Shown piece by piece: positions 47,849 through 57,505 of a DNA stretch of 64,000 nucleotides (within the stretch, counting starts at the first letter, position 1; each line of letters opens with the position of its first letter). Position numbers and translations under genes: made by a program. Below the pieces are notes generated by a model, which saw only the letters and a list, made by a program, of their open reading frames with translations, searched no databases and was not told the DNA's origin. This DNA comes from Candidatus Heimdallarchaeota archaeon (lineage in GTDB: Archaea; Asgardarchaeota; Heimdallarchaeia; Heimdallarchaeales; Heimdallarchaeaceae), in NCBI GenBank assembly GCA_016839945.1, contig JAEOTE010000007.1, forward strand, positions 1 to 64,000, written 5' to 3'.

Positions 47849-49199
47849 TCATTAAACTTGTTGGAACTTCCTCTTTTAATATCCTTGGTTGAGCTATATC
47901 TTTAACATAATCTAAAATATATTCTTGATTTCGCTGATCTCCATGTATAAGGATTATATCTTTAGCACCTGTTTCTTTCATAATTCTCTTTAATCCATCT
48001 ACTGAGCTATGACCAGAATAAGGGAATTTCATTATTTGATTCTTGAGATTGATTTTCCTCTTCTTACCAGTTTCGGTTTTAACAGTAAGTTCCTTTTTAC
48101 CATCATATATTTCTCTACCAGTTGTCCCAAATACTTGATATCCTGAAAAACCTAATACATCATCTTCATTAGATCCACATAGTTCAAGATATGTGTGAAT
48201 TGGACCACCTTCAAGCATACCAGAAGTTGTAACAATAATAGAACCTTTATCACTTGAAGATATCAGCTTTCTTGCATATTGTGTCCTTTCCGAAACTTCG
48301 TAAATAGGAATGAAATTACTTTTTTCAAATGGTGAATGCAATTTTGCTTCCTTTAGTTGATCTAAAAACCTTTTTGAAACCCATTTTTCGCTCAAGTAAT
48401 GTTCAGTTATCATATTCATTTTATTAATCATACCATCCATATAAATTGGAATTTCATCTAAATCATTATCTAATGCTAATGTAATCAAAATTTCTTGTGA
48501 TCTACCAACAGCAAAAGATGGTAGTATCATTTTGTTTCCTGTTTCAGCTGTTTGTTTAGCTAATAGTCTTAAACCTACATCAATCTTTTCTCTTTCTGGA
48601 ACATACCTGTCTCCATTAGTAGATTCTGTGATTAAAACATCAATTTTTTCGTCTGGAACTTCGTAACCATCAAACATTGGAGTTATTCTATCATTAATAT
48701 CTCCTGTATATAGTATCAGTGTCCCTTCCCAATCAATCAAGATTTGAGCAGCTCCTAAAACATGACCTGCATTAAGAAATTCCGCAGTAATCCCATCAGC
48801 AATTTTTATTTTCTGATGATAATGGGTTGTTTTTATTTTATTGTAAACAACATCTAAATCCCTTTCTGACCAATGTCTTCTTCCTTCGATTTTTAAGTGA
48901 TCTCTCCATAAAGTATAAGCTATGTCTTTTGTTGGATGAGTCATATAATAAAATCCTTTGTATCCTTCTTTTGCTAACCGGGGTACATACCCAGAATGGT
49001 CAATATGTGCATGACTCAGGAAGAAAGCGTTCAGTGATTTAGCTATTTCATCAACACCTTTTGGTGCTTTTGATAATCCTTTAGGAACAAGCTCTATACC
49101 ACAGTCTAGTAAAATAGAGTGATCTTTATCACTTAGAAGAAAGCTGCTCTTTCCTACATAATCAGTTGCCCCGAATGCTGTAATTTGTATATCATTCAT
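47841..49199 (-). CDS. Metallo-beta-lactamase/beta-CASP ribonuclease (CPSF-like, no KH domains)
   Basis: LDCG, SHAHIDHSG, AGHVLG, TGD, ESTNG, AVGRSQE, SGMLEGG, SGH, IHGD. Confidence 0.9.
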   Translation of the reverse strand: MNDIQITAFGATDYVGKSSFLLSDKDHSILLDCGIELVPKGLSKAPKGVDEIAKSLNAFFLSHAHIDHSGYVPRLAKEGYKGFYYMTHPTKDIAYTLWRDHLKIEGRRHWSERDLDVVYNKIKTTHYHQKIKIADGITAEFLNAGHVLGAAQILIDWEGTLILYTGDINDRITPMFDGYEVPDEKIDVLITESTNGDRYVPEREKIDVGLRLLAKQTAETGNKMILPSFAVGRSQEILITLALDNDLDEIPIYMDGMINKMNMITEHYLSEKWVSKRFLDQLKEAKLHSPFEKSNFIPIYEVSERTQYARKLISSSDKGSIIVTTSGMLEGGPIHTYLELCGSNEDDVLGFSGYQVFGTTGREIYDGKKELTVKTETGKKRKINLKNQIMKFPYSGHSSVDGLKRIMKETGAKDIILIHGDQRNQEYILDYVKDIAQPRILKEEVPTSLMSV

Positions 49200-49376
49200 T
49201 GTATTATCTCCTTAGATTTTCAAAGTATCGTCTTTTATTTAGAGCATTATAACTTTGTTTTTATATTTTTTTCAATATTAGTTACTCTTAAAGTTTATTT
49301 TATGCAAGATATTTTAGAATCATTCTTGATTTGAATAATCTTTTATATTATGTTATGTTGTTTTTATTTGAGAACT

Positions 49377-50105
49377 ATGGATAATGAAAAGGAAAAGAAG
49401 AAACAAGAGAAAGAAAAAACAGACTTTCGAAGTTCCTTATCAGATGCATATAAATCATTAGACCAAGAGTTGGTTAAAGAGCAAGAACTAGATAAACAGA
49501 AGAAGCAAGAGATTATAGAAGAGGGAATAGAAAAGGTTGAAAAAGAATCTGGAAAAGATTTAATCTCTTCAAAGCTGCTAACAGGTAAAATCTTGGAGTT
49601 GAGACAAAAAGCCGGTATGTCTCAAGCTATTGGGACTGCAGGTAAAGTAAAAACTCCAATTCTATTTAAGAAAGATGAGTTTAAACAAAAATTGACAAGA
49701 GAATTACTAATTATTGGAATAGAGGAATTAGCAGACATTGGGGGGGCAATTACAATACCTAACTTAGTAAATTATTTTAGAGAAACAAGACCTAACTGGA
49801 AAGTTAGAACAGGTGAGATTCTAGAAGTTCTGAAAGTTATGGAAAAGAAAGAGGTAATTCCCAAAAGAATAGATATTGGTGAAGATGATGTTTTGATTAG
49901 ATTCAAACCTATTGAGATGTCAGGAGATATACAAGACATTCTAAGATTAGCAACAGGATTACCCTATCTCACTGTAGACAAAGTTACTTCTCATCTAGGA
50001 TGGCCAATAGAAAGAGCCCAAAGTACTTTAACCGTAATGATGAAAATGGATTTAACAATACTAGAAGAATCTACAGGAAATTATTATTTCCCAGGTATTG
50101 ATTAA
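49377..50105 (+). CDS. ESCRT-II Vps22/Vps36-like (EAP30-domain) protein
   Basis: Tandem wHTH pattern GGAITI...PIEMSGD..DILRLA...LGWPIERAQSTL...YYFP matching the SNF8/Vps22 C-terminus. Confidence 0.75.
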   Translation: MDNEKEKKKQEKEKTDFRSSLSDAYKSLDQELVKEQELDKQKKQEIIEEGIEKVEKESGKDLISSKLLTGKILELRQKAGMSQAIGTAGKVKTPILFKKDEFKQKLTRELLIIGIEELADIGGAITIPNLVNYFRETRPNWKVRTGEILEVLKVMEKKEVIPKRIDIGEDDVLIRFKPIEMSGDIQDILRLATGLPYLTVDKVTSHLGWPIERAQSTLTVMMKMDLTILEESTGNYYFPGID

Positions 50106-50170
50106 GATATGTAAAACTGACAAAACTTGCATTTTACGAAGAGTTTATAAACTTACAGAAGAAAATTAAT

Positions 50171-50232
50171 ATGGAAAAATCTCACACTATATTTTGCGAG
50201 ATTTTTCCCTCCCTCCCTCATTTATTTTATTT
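50171..50232 (+). ncRNA. Candidate small RNA (11-bp hairpin, CCCUCC repeats, U-tract) or 25-aa sORF
   Basis: TATA TTTATAAA at 50144 in a convergent intergenic gap; inverted repeat 50173-50208. Confidence 0.35.
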
Positions 50233-50274
50233 TCAAAAAAGAAGATAAAATTATGATCCTTATTTTTGGTTTTA

Positions 50275-51108
50275 CTAAATGTTTCTGTACCAGTTTTTCT
50301 TGTTCTTTTCACGTTTATCTTTATCAATTTCTGATAGAACCTTAACAGCATAATTAGCTGCTTGGATTGCTTCTCTTTCTCCTTTCACACCAAATTCATT
50401 AGTGACTCGGTTTGCATAAACAGCACATATAGCACCAGCTCTTCCTTTGAATATACTAGCTAATGTGAATATATGGGAAGCTTCCATCTCAAAATTCAAA
50501 ACACCCATTTTTTGCATATCTGGAACTATCAATTCTGTTTTACTTATTTTGTAATTTCTATACCCAGGTCTTCCTTGCCCTAAATAGAAACTGGAAGAAG
50601 AAGCAGCTATCCCAATATGATAACGAAATCCAAGACTTTCGCAAGCTTCAATTAATGCTAGTACAACTTCATAGTTTGCTAAAGCGGGGTAACTTTCAGG
50701 AACATAATATTTACTTGAACCTTCCATTTTAACGGCTCCAGTATTTATAATTAAATCCCCAAGTTCTATTCCTGGTTGAATAACTCCTGTTGATCCAACT
50801 CGAATAAAGGTATCACAACCAATATTCATCAATTCAGTTAGAGCAATTTCGCAAGCAGGTGTTCCTATTCCTGTTGATGTAACACTGATGGGAACATCAT
50901 GAACTTTTCCTGTATATGAGTAATACTGACGATGCCCTGCAACATCATGAAAATCATCCCATGTTTCAGCTATTCTTTTTGCTCTTTCTGGGTCACCAGG
51001 TAATAACACAGGACCTGATAGATCACCTGGTTTGCATTCTATATGATATTGTTTTCCTTCTTCAAAAACAGGTTTGTCTGCTAATGGTTTTTTATCTTCA
51101 TTTCCCAT
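50275..51108 (-). CDS. udp: Uridine phosphorylase
   Basis: QYHI, LLPGDPERA, STGIG, IRVGSTG, FYLGQGR, NFEME. Confidence 0.9.
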   Translation of the reverse strand: MGNEDKKPLADKPVFEEGKQYHIECKPGDLSGPVLLPGDPERAKRIAETWDDFHDVAGHRQYYSYTGKVHDVPISVTSTGIGTPACEIALTELMNIGCDTFIRVGSTGVIQPGIELGDLIINTGAVKMEGSSKYYVPESYPALANYEVVLALIEACESLGFRYHIGIAASSSSFYLGQGRPGYRNYKISKTELIVPDMQKMGVLNFEMEASHIFTLASIFKGRAGAICAVYANRVTNEFGVKGEREAIQAANYAVKVLSEIDKDKREKNKKNWYRNI

Positions 51109-51163
51109 AATAATATAATTAAATCATGAGTAATAAAAACATTTCACACAGAAGAGGATCTTA

Positions 51164-52432
51164 TTACTCTTCCTCTCTTATTTTCTGAAGTAATTCATTA
51201 GCATAATCAAATGTCACTTTTTCTTCTTTAGTTAGTTGTTTAGCAACCTTGTCTATTTCTTCCCCTTGAGCTCCTGCATTAATTGCCATGTTTCTAGCAT
51301 GTAGAGACATATGTCCTTTTTGAATCCCTTCATCGACCAAAGCTCTTAAAGCTGCTAGATTTTGAGCTAATCCTACAGCTCCTACAATGTTAGTAAATTC
51401 TATAACATTAGAAACTTGAAGCAGTTTAAGAGAAAGCTTGTATATTGGATTCATATTAATAGCTCCACCAACAGTTCCAATTGATAAAGGCATTTCCAGA
51501 TACCCAACTAAATCCCCTTCCTCATTTTTCTCATATTTAGTTAATGCTTGATATTTACCTGTTATAGCAGCAAATGCATGTGCTCCAGCTTCAACGGCTC
51601 TAGTATCGTTTCCAGTAGCCAATAAAACAGCTGTAACTCCATTCATGATTCCTTTATTGTGAGTTGTTGCTCTATATGGATCATTTTCAGCTAAATCGTT
51701 TGCTAGAAGAATCTTATTTACAATCTCATCTCCACCTAATTCTTCTTTATCAAAAGTTGCTTGAACTTTTACCATTCTTTTTAATCCATAGTTTGAAATG
51801 ATTTTAAGAAGAGCTTTACCTCCAGTGTACTCTTCAATTTTTAGTTTGATTTCCTCAACCATTGTATTAACTGCATTTGCACCCATAGCATCTTTGGTGT
51901 CAACTATGAGATGAAGAAGCATATAGTCACCTAATTGACCTCTGACTTGTCTAATCTCGATATCTTTTGCACCACCTTCTAAATCAGTCAGAACCTTATT
52001 TGTAGAATTAGCTAAATCCAGCAGGTAGTATTGGTTTTCTTTAATTATTTTTTTTGCTTCTTCAAAATCCTTAATCCCTAAAATTTGCATTTGGCCAATA
52101 GTATAAGAACCAGTGTACTCTGAAGTGAAACCTCCTTTTTTTCTTGCTATTTTTGCTGCATGACTTGCTGCAGCAACGATAGAGGTTTCTTCAATAGCCA
52201 TAGGAATTAAATGCTCTTTCCCATTTACTATGAAGTTAGTAGCAATTCCCAAAGGTAAAGAAACTCTACCTACAACATTTTCTATCATATATCCTAGAAT
52301 TTCTTCTCCCACTTCTTCTCCTTTTAGAATTGAAACATCATCTTCAGATAAGCTAAAAATCTTCGACAAGATTTTTCTTCGTTTATCTATTGTTTTATCA
52401 TAAAACTTGGATAATCTGGAACTAAATCCCAT
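51164..52432 (-). CDS. mvaA: HMG-CoA reductase, class II (bacterial/MvaA type)
   Basis: IENVVG, EETSIVAA, DAMGAN, THNKGIMNG, GIQKGHMSLH. Confidence 0.92.
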   Translation of the reverse strand: MGFSSRLSKFYDKTIDKRRKILSKIFSLSEDDVSILKGEEVGEEILGYMIENVVGRVSLPLGIATNFIVNGKEHLIPMAIEETSIVAAASHAAKIARKKGGFTSEYTGSYTIGQMQILGIKDFEEAKKIIKENQYYLLDLANSTNKVLTDLEGGAKDIEIRQVRGQLGDYMLLHLIVDTKDAMGANAVNTMVEEIKLKIEEYTGGKALLKIISNYGLKRMVKVQATFDKEELGGDEIVNKILLANDLAENDPYRATTHNKGIMNGVTAVLLATGNDTRAVEAGAHAFAAITGKYQALTKYEKNEEGDLVGYLEMPLSIGTVGGAINMNPIYKLSLKLLQVSNVIEFTNIVGAVGLAQNLAALRALVDEGIQKGHMSLHARNMAINAGAQGEEIDKVAKQLTKEEKVTFDYANELLQKIREEE

Positions 52433-52476
52433 ATGTATAGAAAAGAATGGTAGTTAAAAAATGTTTATTTTTAGAA

Positions 52477-52695
52477 TTATAATTCTTCTAGAACTTGGAT
52501 TTTTTGATCCTTGAATTGACGCATAATTCTAGTAACATAACCTGCTATCAGATTACGCATTTTTTTTGACATAGGAGAACAGACTTCTTCAACTACATGT
52601 TTGTTGTTCTGAAAATCAGTATTTAACTGATCATGAAAATCACGGACAATTTGTTTTGAGATACGTTTTATTTGGCTAGTACGTATGTTACCCAT
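52477..52695 (-). CDS. rps17e: 30S ribosomal protein S17e
   Basis: MGNIRT, DFQNNK, SKKMRNLIAGYVT. Confidence 0.95.
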   Translation of the reverse strand: MGNIRTSQIKRISKQIVRDFHDQLNTDFQNNKHVVEEVCSPMSKKMRNLIAGYVTRIMRQFKDQKIQVLEEL

Positions 52696-52763
52696 CTAAT
52701 CACTATTTGAGCATTTACTTTTGATTTTAAAATCTTGCTATAAAAGGGAAATTAATGCTTAGT

Positions 52764-53483
52764 TTAGAAATAGAATTGTTCCGTTGCATAAACCTCTATA
52801 CCATTTGGTGTAATCGCAAACGGTCTTTCTACCATTTCATGTTTCAAACCACGCATCTTTCTAATATTCAGACTTCGTATAGCTAAAGAATTTTGGTATT
52901 CATAGTTCAATACTATTACACCTTGACTCATGAACTCTTCAACACCAAATCTACTAACTACCCCTCCTCTCATTTCGCTTGTTAGTATTGTTGTACATTC
53001 TAAAGAGGACATGACAGCACTTAATTTTAAGATTTGTTTTCTTATTTGTTGTTCAGTTTCCATTGAAAGTGCGAGAGCAGTAATACTGTCAATAACAACT
53101 CGTTCTGCAGAGGTTTTGTCTATAATTTCTACTAATTGTGTTATTAGCTCATCTACATCAACCGGAGTTTGGTACTTTTCTTCAGAACTTACACCAGCTC
53201 TTGGACTGAATCCATCAATTAGAACTAATAAATTATCTTTTTCTAAATCATTTAGATTCCAGCCTAAATTCAGACATTCTTCTCTCACATGAGCAGGATG
53301 TTCATCAAAAGAAACAAAAATTCCACTTTCTCCTCCAGAAACAATACCATGATAAAGAAATTGTACTCCGAAAGTTGACTTTCCTGCTCCAGCAGGTCCA
53401 GAGACTAGAATTGTTCTTCCTTTCGGGAATCCTCCTCCAAGTATTCTATCTAGACCTATAATACCAGTTTCAACAAGTTCCAT
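52764..53483 (-). CDS. KaiC/RAD55-like single-domain ATPase
   Basis: TGIIGLD, GPAGAGKS, VVIDS, TSE, IRKMRG. Confidence 0.92.
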   Translation of the reverse strand: MELVETGIIGLDRILGGGFPKGRTILVSGPAGAGKSTFGVQFLYHGIVSGGESGIFVSFDEHPAHVREECLNLGWNLNDLEKDNLLVLIDGFSPRAGVSSEEKYQTPVDVDELITQLVEIIDKTSAERVVIDSITALALSMETEQQIRKQILKLSAVMSSLECTTILTSEMRGGVVSRFGVEEFMSQGVIVLNYEYQNSLAIRSLNIRKMRGLKHEMVERPFAITPNGIEVYATEQFYF

Positions 53484-53534
53484 AAGTGCTAATGTTTTTT
53501 TTAGATAAAAAGAATTTCGGAAGTATTAATGACA

Positions 53535-55343
53535 TTACTCAACTGATTCCAATTTCTTCAAATCCCATCCGCTTGTTGTACGAAAAACAAAAGTTGGGTG
53601 AGATATCTTATCAATTTGTAGAAGCAGTTCAACATCAAATTGTTTCTTGAAGTGTGAAGATGCTTTTACAAACTTGTATTTTCCATCAAGAATATTGATC
53701 ACTGTACCGATTGGGGATTTCTCAGCTAGTTCAGCTGATTCATCTATTATCCCGATTCTTGCCATCATCCCCCAGTTCATTACTCTTATTAATGGATGAG
53801 TTTTATTTTTGCTTTTTACTTCCTCGATACCTAAGCAGTACATTGATGATTTTTGTTCCTCAGAAAGCTTCTCAAAAACAATGTAATCTGATGTAAGAAA
53901 TTTCTGCAATTCTTTGGGACTTGTTCGCAAATTAAGATTTAATTGATAACTGGATTTTATATCTGGAAAACGTTTGATCAGTTTGTTGTACAATGTTTGT
54001 ATAGTCGATTTAGCATGCGATAAACCAGCAAAATAAAGCCAACTAAGATATTCGAGACTTGCTATACACATTCCTTTATTCTTATTGTTTAATGATAAGT
54101 AGAAAGTTTGCTCAAACATTAATCCAGATTTATTCAAGTCATCCAATTGCATATATTTGAAACCAAGTTGATTGATAAATTCAATGTTATCATAATCATA
54201 ATCCTTGGCTCTCTCTTCTGCCTTGTTGCCACCTAGAATAACTGTTAGTAAAACTAGAGCTTGTACAACATTAGCAACATCAGTTCGTTGATATTGATTA
54301 CATTCATCTTCAAAAGCAGGAGTGAAGTAAGAGTTTAACCGTTGAATTTGTCCAGACAACAAAAGAAGTATCATTCTAAGGAAATGTACATTTATTCCAA
54401 GTTCTTCAACAGCTCTTGAACTTTGAAACAGAATCATAAGGAGTTTGTCCATGTACACTCTCGCTAAATCAAGTTTCTTATTTTCGATTAGACATATACA
54501 TGCTAAATATTGTAATCGAGCTAACATTAGTAGAGATTCATTGTAAATAGGATGGTCTTCTATTTTGTCAACTACTAACTTCCAGTCAACTAAACTGTCT
54601 GTTATCTCTAATACTCTAGATAAGAGTTCTTCTTCTAATTCTCCATATTTTCCTTGAATGAAATCGTCTTCAAGTCTATTAAGATCTCTCTGTATCTCAA
54701 CCAATAGTTCGCTTAGTTGTAAAGATTCTATTGAAAAAACCTCTCCTTCTTTTAAGTCACTTTGAGTTTGTTTAACCAATTTTTCTTCATATTCTGAACG
54801 AATTACGGATATTGCAGAGTCTAATATCTTTCTAATCCTTTTGACAGGATCATATCTATTTGTGCTCTCGACTGAATATTGTATTTCAGCGGTAAATAAT
54901 TTTGATTCAAGTTCTTTTAAAAAAGAATTAACTGATGGATTAGTATTTTCTTCAATTACATATCTTACAAAAGCACTATCTATGAGTGTTGGAATATTGA
55001 TTAGTTCAGCAGTTTCAAGCAATTTTAAATCACTACTTACAACAGTTGCATTTAATTTGTCTGCTAAGAAAATAACAGCTAAATCAGGTTTTTGAGGTAA
55101 ATTTGTAGTTTTATCATGTAATTTTCTTAGAAATTTTTGAAATTCTGATTCAATAATCCCCCCAACTTTAACGTGAGGTAAAATTGCTCTTTGAACATAA
55201 TATCTTAATTCATTTTTAATTTGAACAGGAATGAATACTTCTATTTTGAGTTTCTTTAAAACCTGAGCAAAAGTACCATATGAATCTGGTCGAGACTGAA
55301 ATCCACTTATGAAAAAATTAGTATCTACAACATATACTGCCAT
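53535..55343 (-). CDS. PIN-domain protein with helical/TPR-like region
   Basis: VVDTNFF, NEL, PDLAV, SSDLKL acidic tetrad; TPR-like helices downstream. Confidence 0.7.
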   Translation of the reverse strand: MAVYVVDTNFFISGFQSRPDSYGTFAQVLKKLKIEVFIPVQIKNELRYYVQRAILPHVKVGGIIESEFQKFLRKLHDKTTNLPQKPDLAVIFLADKLNATVVSSDLKLLETAELINIPTLIDSAFVRYVIEENTNPSVNSFLKELESKLFTAEIQYSVESTNRYDPVKRIRKILDSAISVIRSEYEEKLVKQTQSDLKEGEVFSIESLQLSELLVEIQRDLNRLEDDFIQGKYGELEEELLSRVLEITDSLVDWKLVVDKIEDHPIYNESLLMLARLQYLACICLIENKKLDLARVYMDKLLMILFQSSRAVEELGINVHFLRMILLLLSGQIQRLNSYFTPAFEDECNQYQRTDVANVVQALVLLTVILGGNKAEERAKDYDYDNIEFINQLGFKYMQLDDLNKSGLMFEQTFYLSLNNKNKGMCIASLEYLSWLYFAGLSHAKSTIQTLYNKLIKRFPDIKSSYQLNLNLRTSPKELQKFLTSDYIVFEKLSEEQKSSMYCLGIEEVKSKNKTHPLIRVMNWGMMARIGIIDESAELAEKSPIGTVINILDGKYKFVKASSHFKKQFDVELLLQIDKISHPTFVFRTTSGWDLKKLESVE

Positions 55344-55396
55344 TAAACTATGTAAAACAAGGGGTTATTTTTACTTTTTGTCCTATATATGAAAAA

Positions 55397-56326
55397 TTAC
55401 ATTATTTTGTTGTATAATTCAGTCAATCCTTCTTCAAGCTTAATGGATGGTGAAAATCCTAACAATTCCTTAGCTAACTCTATTGAAGCATAACTGTCTC
55501 TAATGTCACCTTTTCTAGGTTCTACAAACTTCGGAGAAATATCTTTCCCACTTATAGAGATGATTAATTCAGCTAGCTCAAGTATTGTTGTTTTAATCCC
55601 TGTTCCTACATTAAAGATTCTTCCTATTGCTTTTTCATTTTTAAGAATCAATTCAATTGCCTTAACAACATCCATTGCATGAACAAAGTCCCTAGTTTGT
55701 TTTCCATCATCTTCAATTATGGGTGATTCATTATTCTTAACTTTCTTAATAAACTTGTAAATGACACCAGAATAAGGATCATTTTCTTTCTGCAGTGAGC
55801 TGTAAATATTAAATGGGAGAACAACTGATGATCTTAAGTTATACAGTTGTGAGTATAACAAGACATATTTCTCTGCAACATACTTACTCATTCCATAGGG
55901 TGATACGGGATTCTTTGGATGGTCTTCTGTTATTGGAAGAAACTGAGGTTGTCCATAAGTTGCAGCAGAGCTTACATAAATAAATCTTTCAACATTTATT
56001 TTCCTAGCAAATTCTAGTAGTTGAATGGTTCCGAGAATGTTTACATTAGCGTCGAAAATCGGATTTTCCACTGATTTATTTATGTTTATTTGAGCAGCAC
56101 AGTGTAGTATAAAATCTACATCTGGGATGCTTTCGTATATTTTGTGGTCCTGGATTTTCCCTTTTATAAGAGTTACATCATCAGGAGGGGCAACTTTAGG
56201 TGATGATTGATCATCTAAAAGTATAACATTATATCTGGATTTCAGTTCTGAATATGCGTGATAGCCTATCTGACCTAGTCCTCCGGTAATAAGAATAGTC
56301 TCTAAATCTTTTTCCATATATATCAT
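55397..56326 (-). CDS. NAD-dependent nucleotide-sugar epimerase/dehydratase (GalE-like)
   Basis: TGGLGQIG, SSAATYG, YGMSK, QTRDFVH, GDIRDS. Confidence 0.92.
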   Translation of the reverse strand: MIYMEKDLETILITGGLGQIGYHAYSELKSRYNVILLDDQSSPKVAPPDDVTLIKGKIQDHKIYESIPDVDFILHCAAQININKSVENPIFDANVNILGTIQLLEFARKINVERFIYVSSAATYGQPQFLPITEDHPKNPVSPYGMSKYVAEKYVLLYSQLYNLRSSVVLPFNIYSSLQKENDPYSGVIYKFIKKVKNNESPIIEDDGKQTRDFVHAMDVVKAIELILKNEKAIGRIFNVGTGIKTTILELAELIISISGKDISPKFVEPRKGDIRDSYASIELAKELLGFSPSIKLEEGLTELYNKIM

Positions 56327-56409
56327 CGAGGGTAAAACTTTTTAAAAGCATAGCGTTCATTTGCTCATAAATTGCATATATATGTTTTTTATATTCTAAT
56401 GGTGAAAAA

Positions 56410-57495
56410 ATGACGAAAAAAGTACGCGTAGCAATAGCAGGATTAGGAAATTGCGCATCTGCTCTAATACAAGGTTTAGAATATTATAAAAATGCAGATC
56501 CTGAATCTGATTATATCCCAGGTATAATGCATGTAAAATTTGGTGATTATCACATTTCAGATGTAGAAATTGTTGCAGCTTTTGAAGTAAGTACACTTAA
56601 GATTGGAAAAGATATTTCAGAAGCAATTTGGGAAGAACCGAACTGCTGCAATAAGTTTTCAGATGTTCCATACAAGGAAGTAGAAGTATTACCAGGTCCT
56701 ATTGAAGATGGTGTAGCACCTCATATGAAGGAATCTTTTCATTGTTATGATGAATCCAAAGTGCAAGCTGTAGACGTTACTGATGTTTTAAGAAAAACAG
56801 AAACTGATGTTTTAATCAATTTCTTACCTGTAGGTAGTGAAACAGCAACAAGAAGATATGCTCAAGCTTGTTTAGATGCAGGAGTTGCCCTCGCAAATGG
56901 CATACCAGCATTTATTGCATCTGATCCTGAATGGGGTCAGAAATTTACTGATAAGAATATACCCATTGCTGGTGATGATATAAAATCTCAATTAGGAGCA
57001 ACAATTTTACATAGAGTGTTAGTAGGATTAGCACATGATCGAGGTATTAAACTTGATGAAACTTTTCAGCTCAATATAGGTGGAAATACTGACTTTGAGA
57101 ACATGAAAAAAGAGTATAGATTAACAACTAAAAGAATCTCAAAAACACAAGCAGTAACAAGTATGATACCTTATGAAGTGCCTACAAGAATTGGACCATC
57201 AGATTATGTTCCATTTTTGGAGGATGAGAAGATTTGTTACTTATGGCTAAAAGGTAAGAATTTCGGGGAACAACCACTAACTGTTCAACTGAAACTTTCT
57301 GTTCAGGATTCACCTAACAGTGCTGGTGTTATGATTGATGTTGTACGTTCTTTAAAAATTGCTAAGGATAGAGGTATAGGTGGTCCTTTAATTGGTGTTT
57401 CTAGCTATTTCTTCAAACACCCTCCCAAACAAATACAAGATTCTGAAGCATTCCAACTAGTCGAGAAATTCATTAAAGGAGAAATAACAAACTGA
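56410..57495 (+). CDS. ino1: myo-inositol-1-phosphate synthase
   Basis: GLGNCAS, LPVGS, GDDIKSQLGAT, QLNIGGNTDF, KRISKT, DSPNSAG, FKHPP. Confidence 0.93.
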   Translation: MTKKVRVAIAGLGNCASALIQGLEYYKNADPESDYIPGIMHVKFGDYHISDVEIVAAFEVSTLKIGKDISEAIWEEPNCCNKFSDVPYKEVEVLPGPIEDGVAPHMKESFHCYDESKVQAVDVTDVLRKTETDVLINFLPVGSETATRRYAQACLDAGVALANGIPAFIASDPEWGQKFTDKNIPIAGDDIKSQLGATILHRVLVGLAHDRGIKLDETFQLNIGGNTDFENMKKEYRLTTKRISKTQAVTSMIPYEVPTRIGPSDYVPFLEDEKICYLWLKGKNFGEQPLTVQLKLSVQDSPNSAGVMIDVVRSLKIAKDRGIGGPLIGVSSYFFKHPPKQIQDSEAFQLVEKFIKGEITN

Positions 57496-57505
57496 GGTGA
57501 AATGA

